DNA of 64,000 bases, from positions 224,001-288,000 of the forward strand of contig CAVRJO010000002.1 of NCBI GenBank assembly GCA_963722255.1, in the 5' to 3' direction. The position numbers were made by a program, and so were the translations under genes. Below, one piece after another: positions 53,409 through 63,502 of the stretch. The notes beneath the pieces are model-generated. The model was not told the DNA's origin. It did not search any database and saw only the letters and a list, made by a program, of their open reading frames with translations. The stretch comes from Candidatus Babeliales bacterium (GTDB lineage: Bacteria; Babelota; Babeliae; Babelales; JANWKD01). Numbering within the stretch: position 1 is the first letter of the stretch; the number at the start of each line of letters is the position of its first letter.

Positions 53409-54002
53409 ATGAAAAGAAATTTTTTGCAAGAACTATTGCGATCACCGGAAACAGTATTTTCTTTTAAAGAGCTGTTGCTCAGATTCAGAACCACAGATGT
53501 TCAAACGCTTAAATCCAAATTAAATTACCATGTAAAAAATGGGGATTTACATCATATTCGTCGTGGTCTCTATTCAAAAGATGCCAATTATAATCACTTA
53601 GAATTAGCAACAAAAATCTTAACGCCATCTTATATAAGCTTTGAAACAGTTCTTAGTTCAGCAGGAATCATTTTTCAATATTATAGTCAAATATTTGTTG
53701 CTTCATATCAATCAAGAGATATCATGTGCGATGGAACGACCTATACATTTAGAACAATAAAATCTGCGATCCTTACAAATTCACTGGGAGTTGAAATAGT
53801 TCAAACATACAGTATTGCTACACCCGAAAGAGCTTTTTTAGACAGTATATATTTGAATAAAAATTATCATTTTGACAATCTTCAGCCATTGAATTGGGAT
53901 AAAGTCTATGAGATAGTACCAATATATAAAAATAAAAATATGCAAAAAAGAGTTGATCTGTACTATGATTCATTTAAAAAAGAAGTAGGAAAACTCTCAT
54001 GA
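53409..54002 (+). CDS. AbiEi-like type IV antitoxin / transcriptional regulator
   Basis: N-terminal wHTH (IRRGLY), PSYISFETVL, IATPERAFLD; overlaps the toxin gene by 4 nt. Confidence 0.85.
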   Translation: MKRNFLQELLRSPETVFSFKELLLRFRTTDVQTLKSKLNYHVKNGDLHHIRRGLYSKDANYNHLELATKILTPSYISFETVLSSAGIIFQYYSQIFVASYQSRDIMCDGTTYTFRTIKSAILTNSLGVEIVQTYSIATPERAFLDSIYLNKNYHFDNLQPLNWDKVYEIVPIYKNKNMQKRVDLYYDSFKKEVGKLS

Positions 54003-54700
54003 CAATAGACATAATCACTCATAAAACTATTCTTATTAAGATCCTTAAAGACATTTTTACTGAGCCAAACATAGCACAATATTTAGGGTTTAAAGGCGGG
54101 ACTGCGGTTCTTTTATTTTATAATTTGAGTCGTTTTTCAGTTGACCTCGATTTTGACCTTTTGGATAAAGAAAAAGAAGATCTTGTTTTTACTACGATCA
54201 ATGAAATTTTAATAAAACATGGCCAAGTCAAAGCACAAAAAAAAAGGTATAGTTTATTTTTTTTATTGTCATATAAAGATAAATCATATGGTGCTCAAAA
54301 TATAAAAGTAGAAATCAATAAAAGATCTTTTGGATCAAGATACGAAGTAAAACAATATTTAGGTATAGCTATGCAAGTCATGGTTAAAGAAGATATGGCC
54401 GCTAATAAATTGGTAGCAATGCATGAAAGAATTGGTAAAACTAATCGTGATATTTTTGATGTTTGGTTCTTCTTACATAATAATTGGCCTATTAACAAAA
54501 AAATCGTTGAATTAAGAACCAATATGACCTACAAAGCTTTTTTGCAAATATGTATCAATGATCTTGAAAAGATGAGTAATCGCAACATATTATCTGGTAT
54601 AGGTGAACTTTTAGATGAAAAACAAAAAGTTTGGGCAAAATCAAAATTGATACCAGAAACCTTATTTCTATTAAAATTGGCCCTTAGCAATGAAAATTAA
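53999..54700 (+). CDS. AbiEii-family nucleotidyltransferase toxin
   Basis: FKGGTA, RFSVDLDF, ANKLVA, RDIFD. Confidence 0.9.
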   Translation: MTIDIITHKTILIKILKDIFTEPNIAQYLGFKGGTAVLLFYNLSRFSVDLDFDLLDKEKEDLVFTTINEILIKHGQVKAQKKRYSLFFLLSYKDKSYGAQNIKVEINKRSFGSRYEVKQYLGIAMQVMVKEDMAANKLVAMHERIGKTNRDIFDVWFFLHNNWPINKKIVELRTNMTYKAFLQICINDLEKMSNRNILSGIGELLDEKQKVWAKSKLIPETLFLLKLALSNEN

Positions 54701-54866
54701 TAACATTTTAGAACCTAATAAACTCATGAGGTACCGGCTAATTTTTGAAGTTAATTACACTTTAATAAGCACAGGGCAAACGCATCAAAAATTCAGGTTT
54801 TAAGCTTACTATATTAACATAAGATTATTGTGATTTATCAAAGCAAAGTTAACAAATTAACCACAA

Positions 54867-55047
54867 TGTCATCACGAGGAACACAGTGACGTGGTGACCC
54901 AGTGATTAAAATGAGAAGTCTTCATAACTGGGTTGCCCAGCCTCCACTTATCCACGCCTTCAGGCTTGGCAAGTTTCGGCGGGCAGGCCGCGCCCGCTTT
55001 GCGTGTCCGAGCGAAGCCTTGGCGAAGTCGAATCGCTCGCAATGACA
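54867..55047. repeat. Composite GC-rich palindromic element (REP/RPE-like, with nested palindromes)
   Basis: Ends TGTCATCACGAG / CTCGCAATGACA; inner GACCCAG/CTGGGTT stem; embedded CGAAGCCTTGGCGAAG unit. Confidence 0.7.
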
Positions 55048-55222
55048 ATCGTGAATTTAGCTGCCGTTCCAAACGTATTTTTCTCTCATTAATTCAATCT
55101 TTATAGTGCGGTTGCCCTGTTGCATATATGCCTTGAATTAGGCAGTTCTCAACATCTTTAGATTATTACCTATTATGTAGAATCAATCAGAATTCTGCTA
55201 TCTTGATTTAGATGATTTTTTA

Positions 55223-55250
55223 TATATACTTGTATATAAGTTTGTATATA
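55223..55250. promoter_or_regulatory. Putative PadR operator
   Basis: Palindrome TATATAC-TT-GTATATA plus a repeated TTGTATATA just upstream of padR. Confidence 0.45.
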
Positions 55251-55275
55251 AATATTTATAAAATAGAGGTATATT

Positions 55276-55830
55276 ATGGCATCCCCCGCGCGTTTATTAG
55301 TATTAGGAATCCTTAACTTCGAGCCCGAAAAACCAAAAAATGGCTATGAAATATTACAAACTTTGGTTTCATGGGACGCAGAAAATTGGACAACAATTAC
55401 CTATGGCTCTATCCATTTTGCGCTAAAAAAAATGGCGCAAGAAGGGTTAGTTAGAATTACCAATGATTCAACTATAGAAGATTCAGGCTGTATCCTCTAC
55501 CAGATAACTCCTGAAGGCCAAGAAGAATTTAAAAAAAGGTTACGCCAACAATGGTGGGAGGTTAAGCCGCACATCGATTCTCTTCAAGTAGCTGTGGTGT
55601 TTATGCATCAAATGCCAAGAGAAGACCTTTTATTGGCTTTAGAACATCGCGAACAACAGTTAAATTATATGGTTAAATCGATGAAATACCTTATTCCAGT
55701 TAAAATGGAAAGGACTGGAGCTCCACGACATATAGAAGAGTTGTTTGCCATTACTGAAGCACATATGAATACTGAGCTTGCTTGGATTGAAAAGGTAAAA
55801 AATAAGATTCATAACAACCAATTGCCCTAA
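55276..55830 (+). CDS. PadR-family transcriptional regulator
   Basis: LLVLGIL...GYEI...GSIHFALKKMAQEGLV...YQITPEG. Confidence 0.88.
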   Translation: MASPARLLVLGILNFEPEKPKNGYEILQTLVSWDAENWTTITYGSIHFALKKMAQEGLVRITNDSTIEDSGCILYQITPEGQEEFKKRLRQQWWEVKPHIDSLQVAVVFMHQMPREDLLLALEHREQQLNYMVKSMKYLIPVKMERTGAPRHIEELFAITEAHMNTELAWIEKVKNKIHNNQLP

Positions 55831-55866
55831 TTTTTAGTTTATATAAGTCGTAATGGAAGGCTATTT

Positions 55867-58480
55867 ATGTTAAGAAAAAATTTTGTTTGTACTATTTGTA
55901 AAGATGTCATATCCGTTATTCGTAAACCAGATACTATTCTCGTTCATGGTGCAAAAGAGCGCAATTTAAAAAATATTTGTTTTGAATTTCCCAAAGGCAA
56001 ATTAATTGCATTAACGGGACCCTCAGGGTCAGGTAAATCCTCTATTGCAACGGGCATCTTGCAAAAAGAATGCATACGGCAATATTTGGAATCACTGGGC
56101 ATGGTTACGGATCATATAGAAAAAGCAAAAGTAGATATAATTATGGGGCTATCCCCTTCTATTGGCGTTACGCAGCGAGTAACGGATTTTAACCCCCGTT
56201 CCACGGTCGGCACAAGATCAGGTATTCTTACCATTTTAAGGAATATGTTTGCGGCTATGGGGCATCAGCCGTGTACAGGTTGTGGAAAAATCGTCAAACA
56301 ACCCTTGCAAGACAAAAATAAATTAACAACCATTGAGATAGAAAAAGATGAAACAAGTTCTTCTTCAAAGAAAATAAAAAAAAGCTATTTTAATTGTCCG
56401 CATTGTTGCCGGCAGCTAGAAAAATTGAAAATGAATCATTTTTCATTCAATGCGTTAGCGGGAGCTTGTGAGACTTGTAAAGGAGTCGGCCAAATCATCA
56501 GCGTTGATCTATCGCGTTTACTTAACGAAGAAAAAACGATGAGAAACGGCGGAGCGGATTTTTGGGGCGAATCGCTTGCAAAGTATTACGAGAGCGTTAT
56601 CCTTGCTGCAAGTAAGCATTATAATTTTCCCTTTGATCCAGCTATTCCAATAAAGAATTATACTAAAGAACAGAGAAATTTTTTACTTTATGGAATCACG
56701 TTTCCAGATTTTGTAAAGGCATACAAGAATATCCAAACGCCTAAAAAAGTGAGTGAAGGAAATTTTGAAGGTATAATTCCGCATTTACTCAATCTCTATA
56801 AGAAGAATCCTGCAAATGCTTCAAATGATGTCAAGAAATATATTGTACATGAGCCGTGTACCGAGTGTAAAAATTCACGGTTGGCAAGACTTGGAAGAGA
56901 AGTAACAGTCAGTGGAAAAACTATTATTGATCTGGTCGGACTTAATCTACGTGAACTGCTCCAATGGATACAAGAGTTGGATCACCATGTTCCAGAGGAT
57001 GAATTGCAAGTTCTTTCAGCCCTTTCAGGCGCATTGAAAGAACGAACATCACATTTAATTGAAGTTGGGCTGGATTATCTAACATTAGAACGTACACTTC
57101 CTTCGCTTTCAGCAGGAGAGTCTCAACGAGTAAGGTTAGCTGGTTTACTTGGTAGCGGTCTTACCGGAGTTTTATATGTTCTTGATGAACCAACCACAGG
57201 TCTACATCCTCATGATAATGCAAAATTATTAAAAACAATGAGGATGATACAAGAAACCGGCAACACCGTTTTAATCATTGAACATGACATGGATATTGTT
57301 AAGCATGCTGATTACATACTCGATGTAGGGCCTGGAGGAGGCAGCAAAGGCGGGAAAATCGTGGTTTCTGGCACACCCGCTGATGTTATGGCTTGTGAAA
57401 CATCTATTACTGGCACCTATTTGGCTAAAAAAGCGGCTATTAAACTAAATCATCCTTCTGCGAAAAAATAAAGCTTTAATTATACGTGGTGCTTGCGAAC
57501 ATAATCTACGAAATATTGACGTTAGTATTCCTATAAAGCAGCTTGTTGTAATGACCGGTGTATCCGGTTCAGGAAAATCAACGCTCCTATTTGATATTTT
57601 GGATAAAGTGGCAAGAAAGCATTTCAATCATGCAAGTGAAGTTCCGGGAAAATATGCTTCTGTTGAAGGCTTAGATTATTTTAATCGCGTAGTAACCGTC
57701 GACCAAGTCACGATAGGCAGCTCAAAATCAACACGTTCCAATGTAGCAACCTATACAAAACTTTTTGATTTGATTCGAGATTTATTTGCTTCTATGCCGG
57801 AAGCAAAAGCTCGTAGCTTTAGTGCGGAGACATTTTCCTTCAATACATCCGATGAACGCTGTGAGAACTGTAATGGCGCAGGCGTAGTAGATGTTGACAT
57901 GACCTTCATGCCTGATATTGAAACAGAATGTCCTGTCTGCAATGGGATGCGATTCACTGATGAACTGTTATCAATACAATTTCAAGGACATACTATCGCG
58001 AACATTTTAGATATGACGATAAGCGATGCTATCCCCCTCTTTAGGCAAGAAAAGAAGATTTTTGCACTCCTAGATTTAATGAGACAAGTTGGTTTAGAAT
58101 ATTTGACATTAGGGCAGTCTACTTCGACATTATCAGGAGGAGAAGCGCAACGAATAAAATTGGCGACTGAACTATCCAAATCTGAAACGGGAAATACGTT
58201 GTACTTATTGGATGAGCCAACAACAGGATTGCACCCACAGGAAGTGGAAAAATTGCTTAATATCTTGAGAAAGCTAGTATCCAAAGGAAATACGGTGGTA
58301 GCAATTGAGCATAACTTAGATGTTATTTGTAATGCGGATACGATTATTGATTTTGGTCCAGGTGGTGGGCTTGCAGGTGGAAAAATTGTTGCAACAGGTA
58401 CACCTCAAGAAATTATTGCAAATAAAGATTCGTTAACTGGGCAATGCTTGAAGGCTTATATAGCAGATAATCAATCATAA
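55867..58480 (+). CDS. UvrA-like ABC ATPase (short, class II/DrrC-like), with one frameshift in an A run near 57465
   Basis: Two Walker A motifs (GPSGSGKS, GVSGSGKS), LSAGESQR and LSGGEAQR, two LDEPTTGLH, Cys zinc fingers. Confidence 0.88.
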
Positions 58481-58650
58481 TATTGTCTATGCTAATCAAT
58501 ATTATTCCTTAACATTTGCTGAAAAAGTATTTACCAATCGACAACAAGAGCTGCATGAACATTTGTATTCTGTTTGTTTTAAGTTAGCAAAGATTCATGA
58601 AGAACGCTCAGCTTTACGTGATCAAGGAAACAAATAAACACTTATTTTCA

Positions 58651-61053
58651 TCAATCTTTTTTACGACTTTGAGCTCGTTTAGCTTGTGATGCTTTTGATC
58701 GCCTTAATCTCTTAGCATAATCCGTTTCCTTCAATTTCTTAACAACTTCCTTTGCTTGTTCTTCTATAAAGCGCTTTTGTCGCTTAGCTTTCATGTGCGC
58801 TTCTTTTGATTCCCTTAATTTTTCAGCATATCCAATCTCCTCCAATTGCTTAACAGCTCCCTTTGCTTTCTCTTGTATAAATTTCTGATTATGAGCTTCT
58901 ACCATTGTTTTAATTTCTTGTGGCAGATCGTTATAGCCAAGCTTAATAAGAGGATCGATAGAAATAAATTTATCTTTTGCTAGATCTATCGATCTGAAAA
59001 TATAATATATTAGTAACGCCTGATCTAAGGGAACATAGGGTTGATTAAGAAAAGAAAGAATTAATACTGGGGAAATATCAAGACACAACAGTTTATTTTC
59101 ATTAACTGTAGCATATAAAAAATTATTTTTTAATGTTAAAAATTTACTTTCATATTCAGAAACATTTTTTGAATATTCAAATTCTGATAACATTCTTCCT
59201 GTATTTCGATCAAAGAAATTAATTAAAAAATCACCAGATAAAGCTACATCAAAAGGACTACGATATAATCCACATGCTAAAATAGAGGGTGATACAAAAT
59301 ACACATCAACTACTCTTTGTCCTTTAGAAATATTCCTCTTCCATAGCTCTTTTTTTGTAGACAAATCAATACACATGATCGTATTGTCAGCAGTTGCAAT
59401 AAAGATTTCCTGGCCATCTGGCGAAAAAAGAGTTCCCCGCACAATAATTGGCCGCGCCCATACCGCGTGCTGAGCATTCACATTAAGAACAACAACAATT
59501 GCTTCCCTTTTTGATACCACTGAAAACAGGCTATTATCTTTTGAAAAGGAGCCTATATAAGGAACGTTAGAAAGTGGCTTTTTAAATGGCCAGGCTATAG
59601 CCCCTTCATCGTTGAAACTATTTTCCACCCTCACTAGTTCTTGAGAAAGGGAGATAATTTTTTTTCCATTAGGCGAAATATAATAACGCTCTATAGCAGT
59701 ATTTGCCTTAATTTTAATGGTATGACCGTTAGTAATATCAAGGATCCAATATGACCTCAACTCCTCAGGCCATTTCATCAATGCAAGGCTTAATGTTTTT
59801 GAATCTGAATCGTAATAACTATTTTCGGCAATTTGGCCTCTTTCTGGAAATGGTTTTTCAAATACCACGTTGCCAGTGCCAGCATCTAATACCATTATCT
59901 TTCCGCTTTTACGATCTTCCATAACAATTCGATTAACATCAGAAAAAAATCTCAAAGGCCGTACTGTTGGGAAATCAAAAGAATTTGTAGTCTTTAAAAG
60001 CTCACCATTCTTAACATCAAATATTGTTATTGGTGATGGTAATTCATGATAAAGTAAGATTTTCGAACTATCCGACGAAAACAGGAGATTGCCAAAAATA
60101 TAGGGTTTTTTCCATAACAAGAGATTTGTTGCGATATCTATAACTAGCATTGTAAGATTTTTTGCTTTTATAATCATTGTCTTTACATCAGGAGATATAA
60201 TTATTTTTCCGTTATATTCCCTCTCCCAAACACGTTTTATTATTGATTCTGGTAAGATTTTAAAAATTGATTTCGCTTCAGCGCATATTTTTTGAGATAG
60301 AGGAATTTGCATTTCTTCTGGCAATCCTTGCACGAGATTAAGATAATGATGCAGTTTTTTTTCTGTATTAATAGCTTTTAAACGCTCTAATAAAAGAGTT
60401 CTATATTTTTTTAGTAACTTCTTGCTATCTAAATAGTTTGCTGTATTAAGCATATCAATTAGATTTTCATCAGATAACGGATCAACATCATACGGAATAT
60501 TCGTTAAATCTTTATGAACATATTCAAAAATAGACACAAACTCATTAGGAATTGGTATTGGAATAGTATAATCTTCTACATCATTAAGAATATTTTTGAG
60601 CGTTACCGACTTCTTTGCTTTCGCTAACGACAAAACGTACTCAACCTCACCAACGATAATGGTAATATCAATTCCTCGATCAGTAATAACTTCAGAATAT
60701 TTCTCAATCAATTGTGGAATTTTTAAAATCGATGCTCCAGCCAATAAACGATTTATCATTGTATCATCAAGATCATTCTCATCATACTTTTGGCCGACTA
60801 AATCTTTATAAATATATGCAAAAACCTCTGGAGAAATGGTATCCGATAAGTCGAGAGGCACTTCAAAGTCTTTATGCCTTCTCATCATAGCTGCTAAAAT
60901 TTCTGATTTCCGAGCCTGATTCTTAGTTAATTCATAACTACGATCACCAACTTTGATTTTAACACTTTCTTCCTGCTTCTCCATTGCATAAAAAACAGAA
61001 ACAAAAAATAAAAAACTGCTGAACACACTTATAATTCTTTTACTATTCATCAC
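58651..61053 (-). CDS. Exported protein with tandem Skp1/BTB-like domains and a beta-propeller
   Basis: Signal peptide FYA-MEK; two repeats (ARKSEILAAMM...LLAGASILKI; AKKSVTLKNIL...MLNTANYLD); ISPD/FSSD/ISPN/FSPD propeller blades. Confidence 0.75.
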   Translation of the reverse strand: MMNSKRIISVFSSFLFFVSVFYAMEKQEESVKIKVGDRSYELTKNQARKSEILAAMMRRHKDFEVPLDLSDTISPEVFAYIYKDLVGQKYDENDLDDTMINRLLAGASILKIPQLIEKYSEVITDRGIDITIIVGEVEYVLSLAKAKKSVTLKNILNDVEDYTIPIPIPNEFVSIFEYVHKDLTNIPYDVDPLSDENLIDMLNTANYLDSKKLLKKYRTLLLERLKAINTEKKLHHYLNLVQGLPEEMQIPLSQKICAEAKSIFKILPESIIKRVWEREYNGKIIISPDVKTMIIKAKNLTMLVIDIATNLLLWKKPYIFGNLLFSSDSSKILLYHELPSPITIFDVKNGELLKTTNSFDFPTVRPLRFFSDVNRIVMEDRKSGKIMVLDAGTGNVVFEKPFPERGQIAENSYYDSDSKTLSLALMKWPEELRSYWILDITNGHTIKIKANTAIERYYISPNGKKIISLSQELVRVENSFNDEGAIAWPFKKPLSNVPYIGSFSKDNSLFSVVSKREAIVVVLNVNAQHAVWARPIIVRGTLFSPDGQEIFIATADNTIMCIDLSTKKELWKRNISKGQRVVDVYFVSPSILACGLYRSPFDVALSGDFLINFFDRNTGRMLSEFEYSKNVSEYESKFLTLKNNFLYATVNENKLLCLDISPVLILSFLNQPYVPLDQALLIYYIFRSIDLAKDKFISIDPLIKLGYNDLPQEIKTMVEAHNQKFIQEKAKGAVKQLEEIGYAEKLRESKEAHMKAKRQKRFIEEQAKEVVKKLKETDYAKRLRRSKASQAKRAQSRKKD

Positions 61054-61173
61054 TATCCCCTACATTATTTACCATCAAATTATTGTTTTGTAGTATAATA
61101 AGGAATTGAATACCCAATTTGCAATGAAAAAAAACAGAATAAGAAGTATTTAATCCTTTATTTTGGAGTAGCG

Positions 61174-61668
61174 ATGGCTATTATAAGAACTTTTTTTGAT
61201 ATTTTTAAGAGTATTATTCATGCAATTATTAAGTACTTTGAAAAAATTTTTGATAAAAAATCAAGCACAGATCAACCTCAAAAAAACGAATTGGTTCAAA
61301 GTGGAACTCGTAACATACAGGTTAATGGCAATAGCAATACAATTACAGCGTATGTTTCTCTTGAACCAAAGTATATTGATCAGCATAATGCTGCAGAAAA
61401 GATTCGTTCTACAATTAGAAGTGCTAAATATCAAATAAACTCTTATTTCAGTAAATCACCACCGTATGCAGGAAATATTCAATCGAGCTGGCATAAAGAT
61501 AAGTCCAAATTAATAGAGTCTATTAAAACTAATGCTTCACAGTTTAGTTCAAATGATCAAGAAGAACATGTAAAATTAGCTAAACAATTAATGAAAGCGT
61601 CTTTAGATAATAAAAGTGAAATTAACGATATTTTTACTCAGATAGAATCATTATTAAATAAGTATTAG
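61174..61668 (+). CDS. Hypothetical protein
   Basis: 164-aa ORF with GGAG RBS. Confidence 0.65.
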   Translation: MAIIRTFFDIFKSIIHAIIKYFEKIFDKKSSTDQPQKNELVQSGTRNIQVNGNSNTITAYVSLEPKYIDQHNAAEKIRSTIRSAKYQINSYFSKSPPYAGNIQSSWHKDKSKLIESIKTNASQFSSNDQEEHVKLAKQLMKASLDNKSEINDIFTQIESLLNKY

Positions 61669-61880
61669 TATACAAACGTAAATTCCGCGCAAGCAGTGAT
61701 GGAAAACGCATCGAATAATTTTGATATTCAATTCCTGATGCAATCGCTTCTGTAAAGGCTTTTGTTTCAGTAAAATCAATAGTAAAAGAAGAAAAAAGAT
61801 GACACAAGGCAATAAAAAATACAATCTCTCTTATTTTCATTTTAGAGAGATTGTATTGTAATTCACGTAAAAGAAATACT

Positions 61881-62528
61881 CTATTTATTATCATATTGTT
61901 TGAGTAGTTCTAAAACTTTGGTAGTCTCTTGATCAATGAGTTTTCTCTCTCCCATTAATTTACAAATTGTTTCTACCAAGAACTTTGTGCTTGCAAAATC
62001 TCTTGTACGCATCCACTCTTTATATGCAGACATTTGCATTTTGGTATCTTTAAAAAATACCTCCTGGTTAGGGCCAAAATCACTATAAATTCTTTTTTTA
62101 GCCTGTGTTACATCATAGTTTTTCAAAATTTCTTTTTTTTCTTTTTTCCAAGCATCGTCAAGATTAGCGTAAAGATATTCACGGATATAATCAGCATCTT
62201 CACCTGCTTCTACGGCGCCTCTTTCAATAAGCATATTATAGTATCTCTCTTCTCCTACTTTATACATATGAAATTCTGCAAAAAAGTTCCCATAAGCAGC
62301 CAACAATGCGGGATTATCATTATAATCGTCGTTAGATAGAATAGTTCTGCCTCTTTGTATAACAATTGAATCAGTCTCTACATTCAATAGCTCATTAAGC
62401 CGTTCAGTTACAGCTATATCTTTGTTAACAACTTCTTTAGCTTCGCCTTTCTTTTTTTCCATAGCGTTCATACTATTCATTGAAGCGACACAAAACATAA
62501 GCATCAGACTTTGTTTGTAATTAATCAT
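61881..62528 (-). CDS. Exported hypothetical protein
   Basis: Signal peptide MNA-MEK; purine-rich RBS. Confidence 0.75.
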   Translation of the reverse strand: MINYKQSLMLMFCVASMNSMNAMEKKKGEAKEVVNKDIAVTERLNELLNVETDSIVIQRGRTILSNDDYNDNPALLAAYGNFFAEFHMYKVGEERYYNMLIERGAVEAGEDADYIREYLYANLDDAWKKEKKEILKNYDVTQAKKRIYSDFGPNQEVFFKDTKMQMSAYKEWMRTRDFASTKFLVETICKLMGERKLIDQETTKVLELLKQYDNK

Positions 62529-62723
62529 GGAAACCCTTCCTTAAATATGTTGTAAAAAATATAACAAAAACTACAAAATCTAGGTAAAGAATAACGCCAT
62601 TAATTACTCATGTCTAGATCAATTGATCGACTAGATCAGCAAAATGATTAACTCGTTTCAAATTTTATTATTTCTTGTAAACTAATATAAAATAAATATA
62701 ATTATCAGGTTCGAGGAAAAATT

Positions 62724-63476
62724 ATGAAAATACTCAATTCAGCATTTTATTTCTTAACAATTTTCTATGCAACTTCATCTTATGCAATGGAACAAAATAA
62801 TCGCATATCACAACAAAAGTTTAACAATCCTACTTTTTTAGAAAAAATCTGTAAATCTGATGGAGTATTATTAAGAGCAGCTTTAGACCAAGGGCTTTCA
62901 CCAAATGCTCACATGTATCCTTATGTACAATTATTGACCTATGTTTTAGATCATTCCTATTCACATTCAGTTAACAATGCAAAAGAATTAGTAAACCGTG
63001 GTGCGATTGTTAGATCTTCACATGTCTATGAATCTATAAAATTTCATGATATAGAACTATTCACTATCTTGCTTAATGCATGTACAGACTTTGATATAGA
63101 AGAAGACAAACAACATGGGTACCATGGTTATACACTTTTACATAGTGTAGCGGCTAGGGGAGGGAATTATGAACTGGTAGAAAAATGTATGCAATTAGGT
63201 TATAACATAGAGGCACAAGATGATAAAGCTGGCAATACTCCGTTATTTGAAGCAATATTAAAACTTAAAATACCTGCTATAAGAGCATTGATTGCTCATG
63301 GAGCAAACCTTCATGCAAAAAATAAATCTGGTAAAACCATTTTAATGTGCGCAGAACAAAATTCAACGTTGATTGCTAAAAATATAAAAATGCATTTGAG
63401 AGTGCAAACTTATCTTGGGTTAGGTAAACAGTTACCAGTTGAAATAACTGACCATATCGCCAGTTTCTATAAGTAG
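62724..63476 (+). CDS. Exported ankyrin-repeat protein with C-terminal F-box-like motif
   Basis: Signal peptide SYA-MEQ; GYTLLH, GNTPLFEA, GKTILM; ends LPVEITDHIASFYK*. Confidence 0.8.
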   Translation: MKILNSAFYFLTIFYATSSYAMEQNNRISQQKFNNPTFLEKICKSDGVLLRAALDQGLSPNAHMYPYVQLLTYVLDHSYSHSVNNAKELVNRGAIVRSSHVYESIKFHDIELFTILLNACTDFDIEEDKQHGYHGYTLLHSVAARGGNYELVEKCMQLGYNIEAQDDKAGNTPLFEAILKLKIPAIRALIAHGANLHAKNKSGKTILMCAEQNSTLIAKNIKMHLRVQTYLGLGKQLPVEITDHIASFYK

Positions 63477-63502
63477 ATCAAATATTCGCTTATGATTAAG
63501 CG

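Noticed and set aside
54872..55072. 66-aa ORF
   Set aside because: It coincides with the palindromic element and is most likely its incidental translation.
497..62339. Many short antisense or overlapping ORFs in the six-frame track (for example 497-763, 24422-24766, 40052-40402, 61634-61894, 62034-62339)
   Set aside because: They mostly shadow better-supported genes on the opposite strand and lack recognisable motifs.
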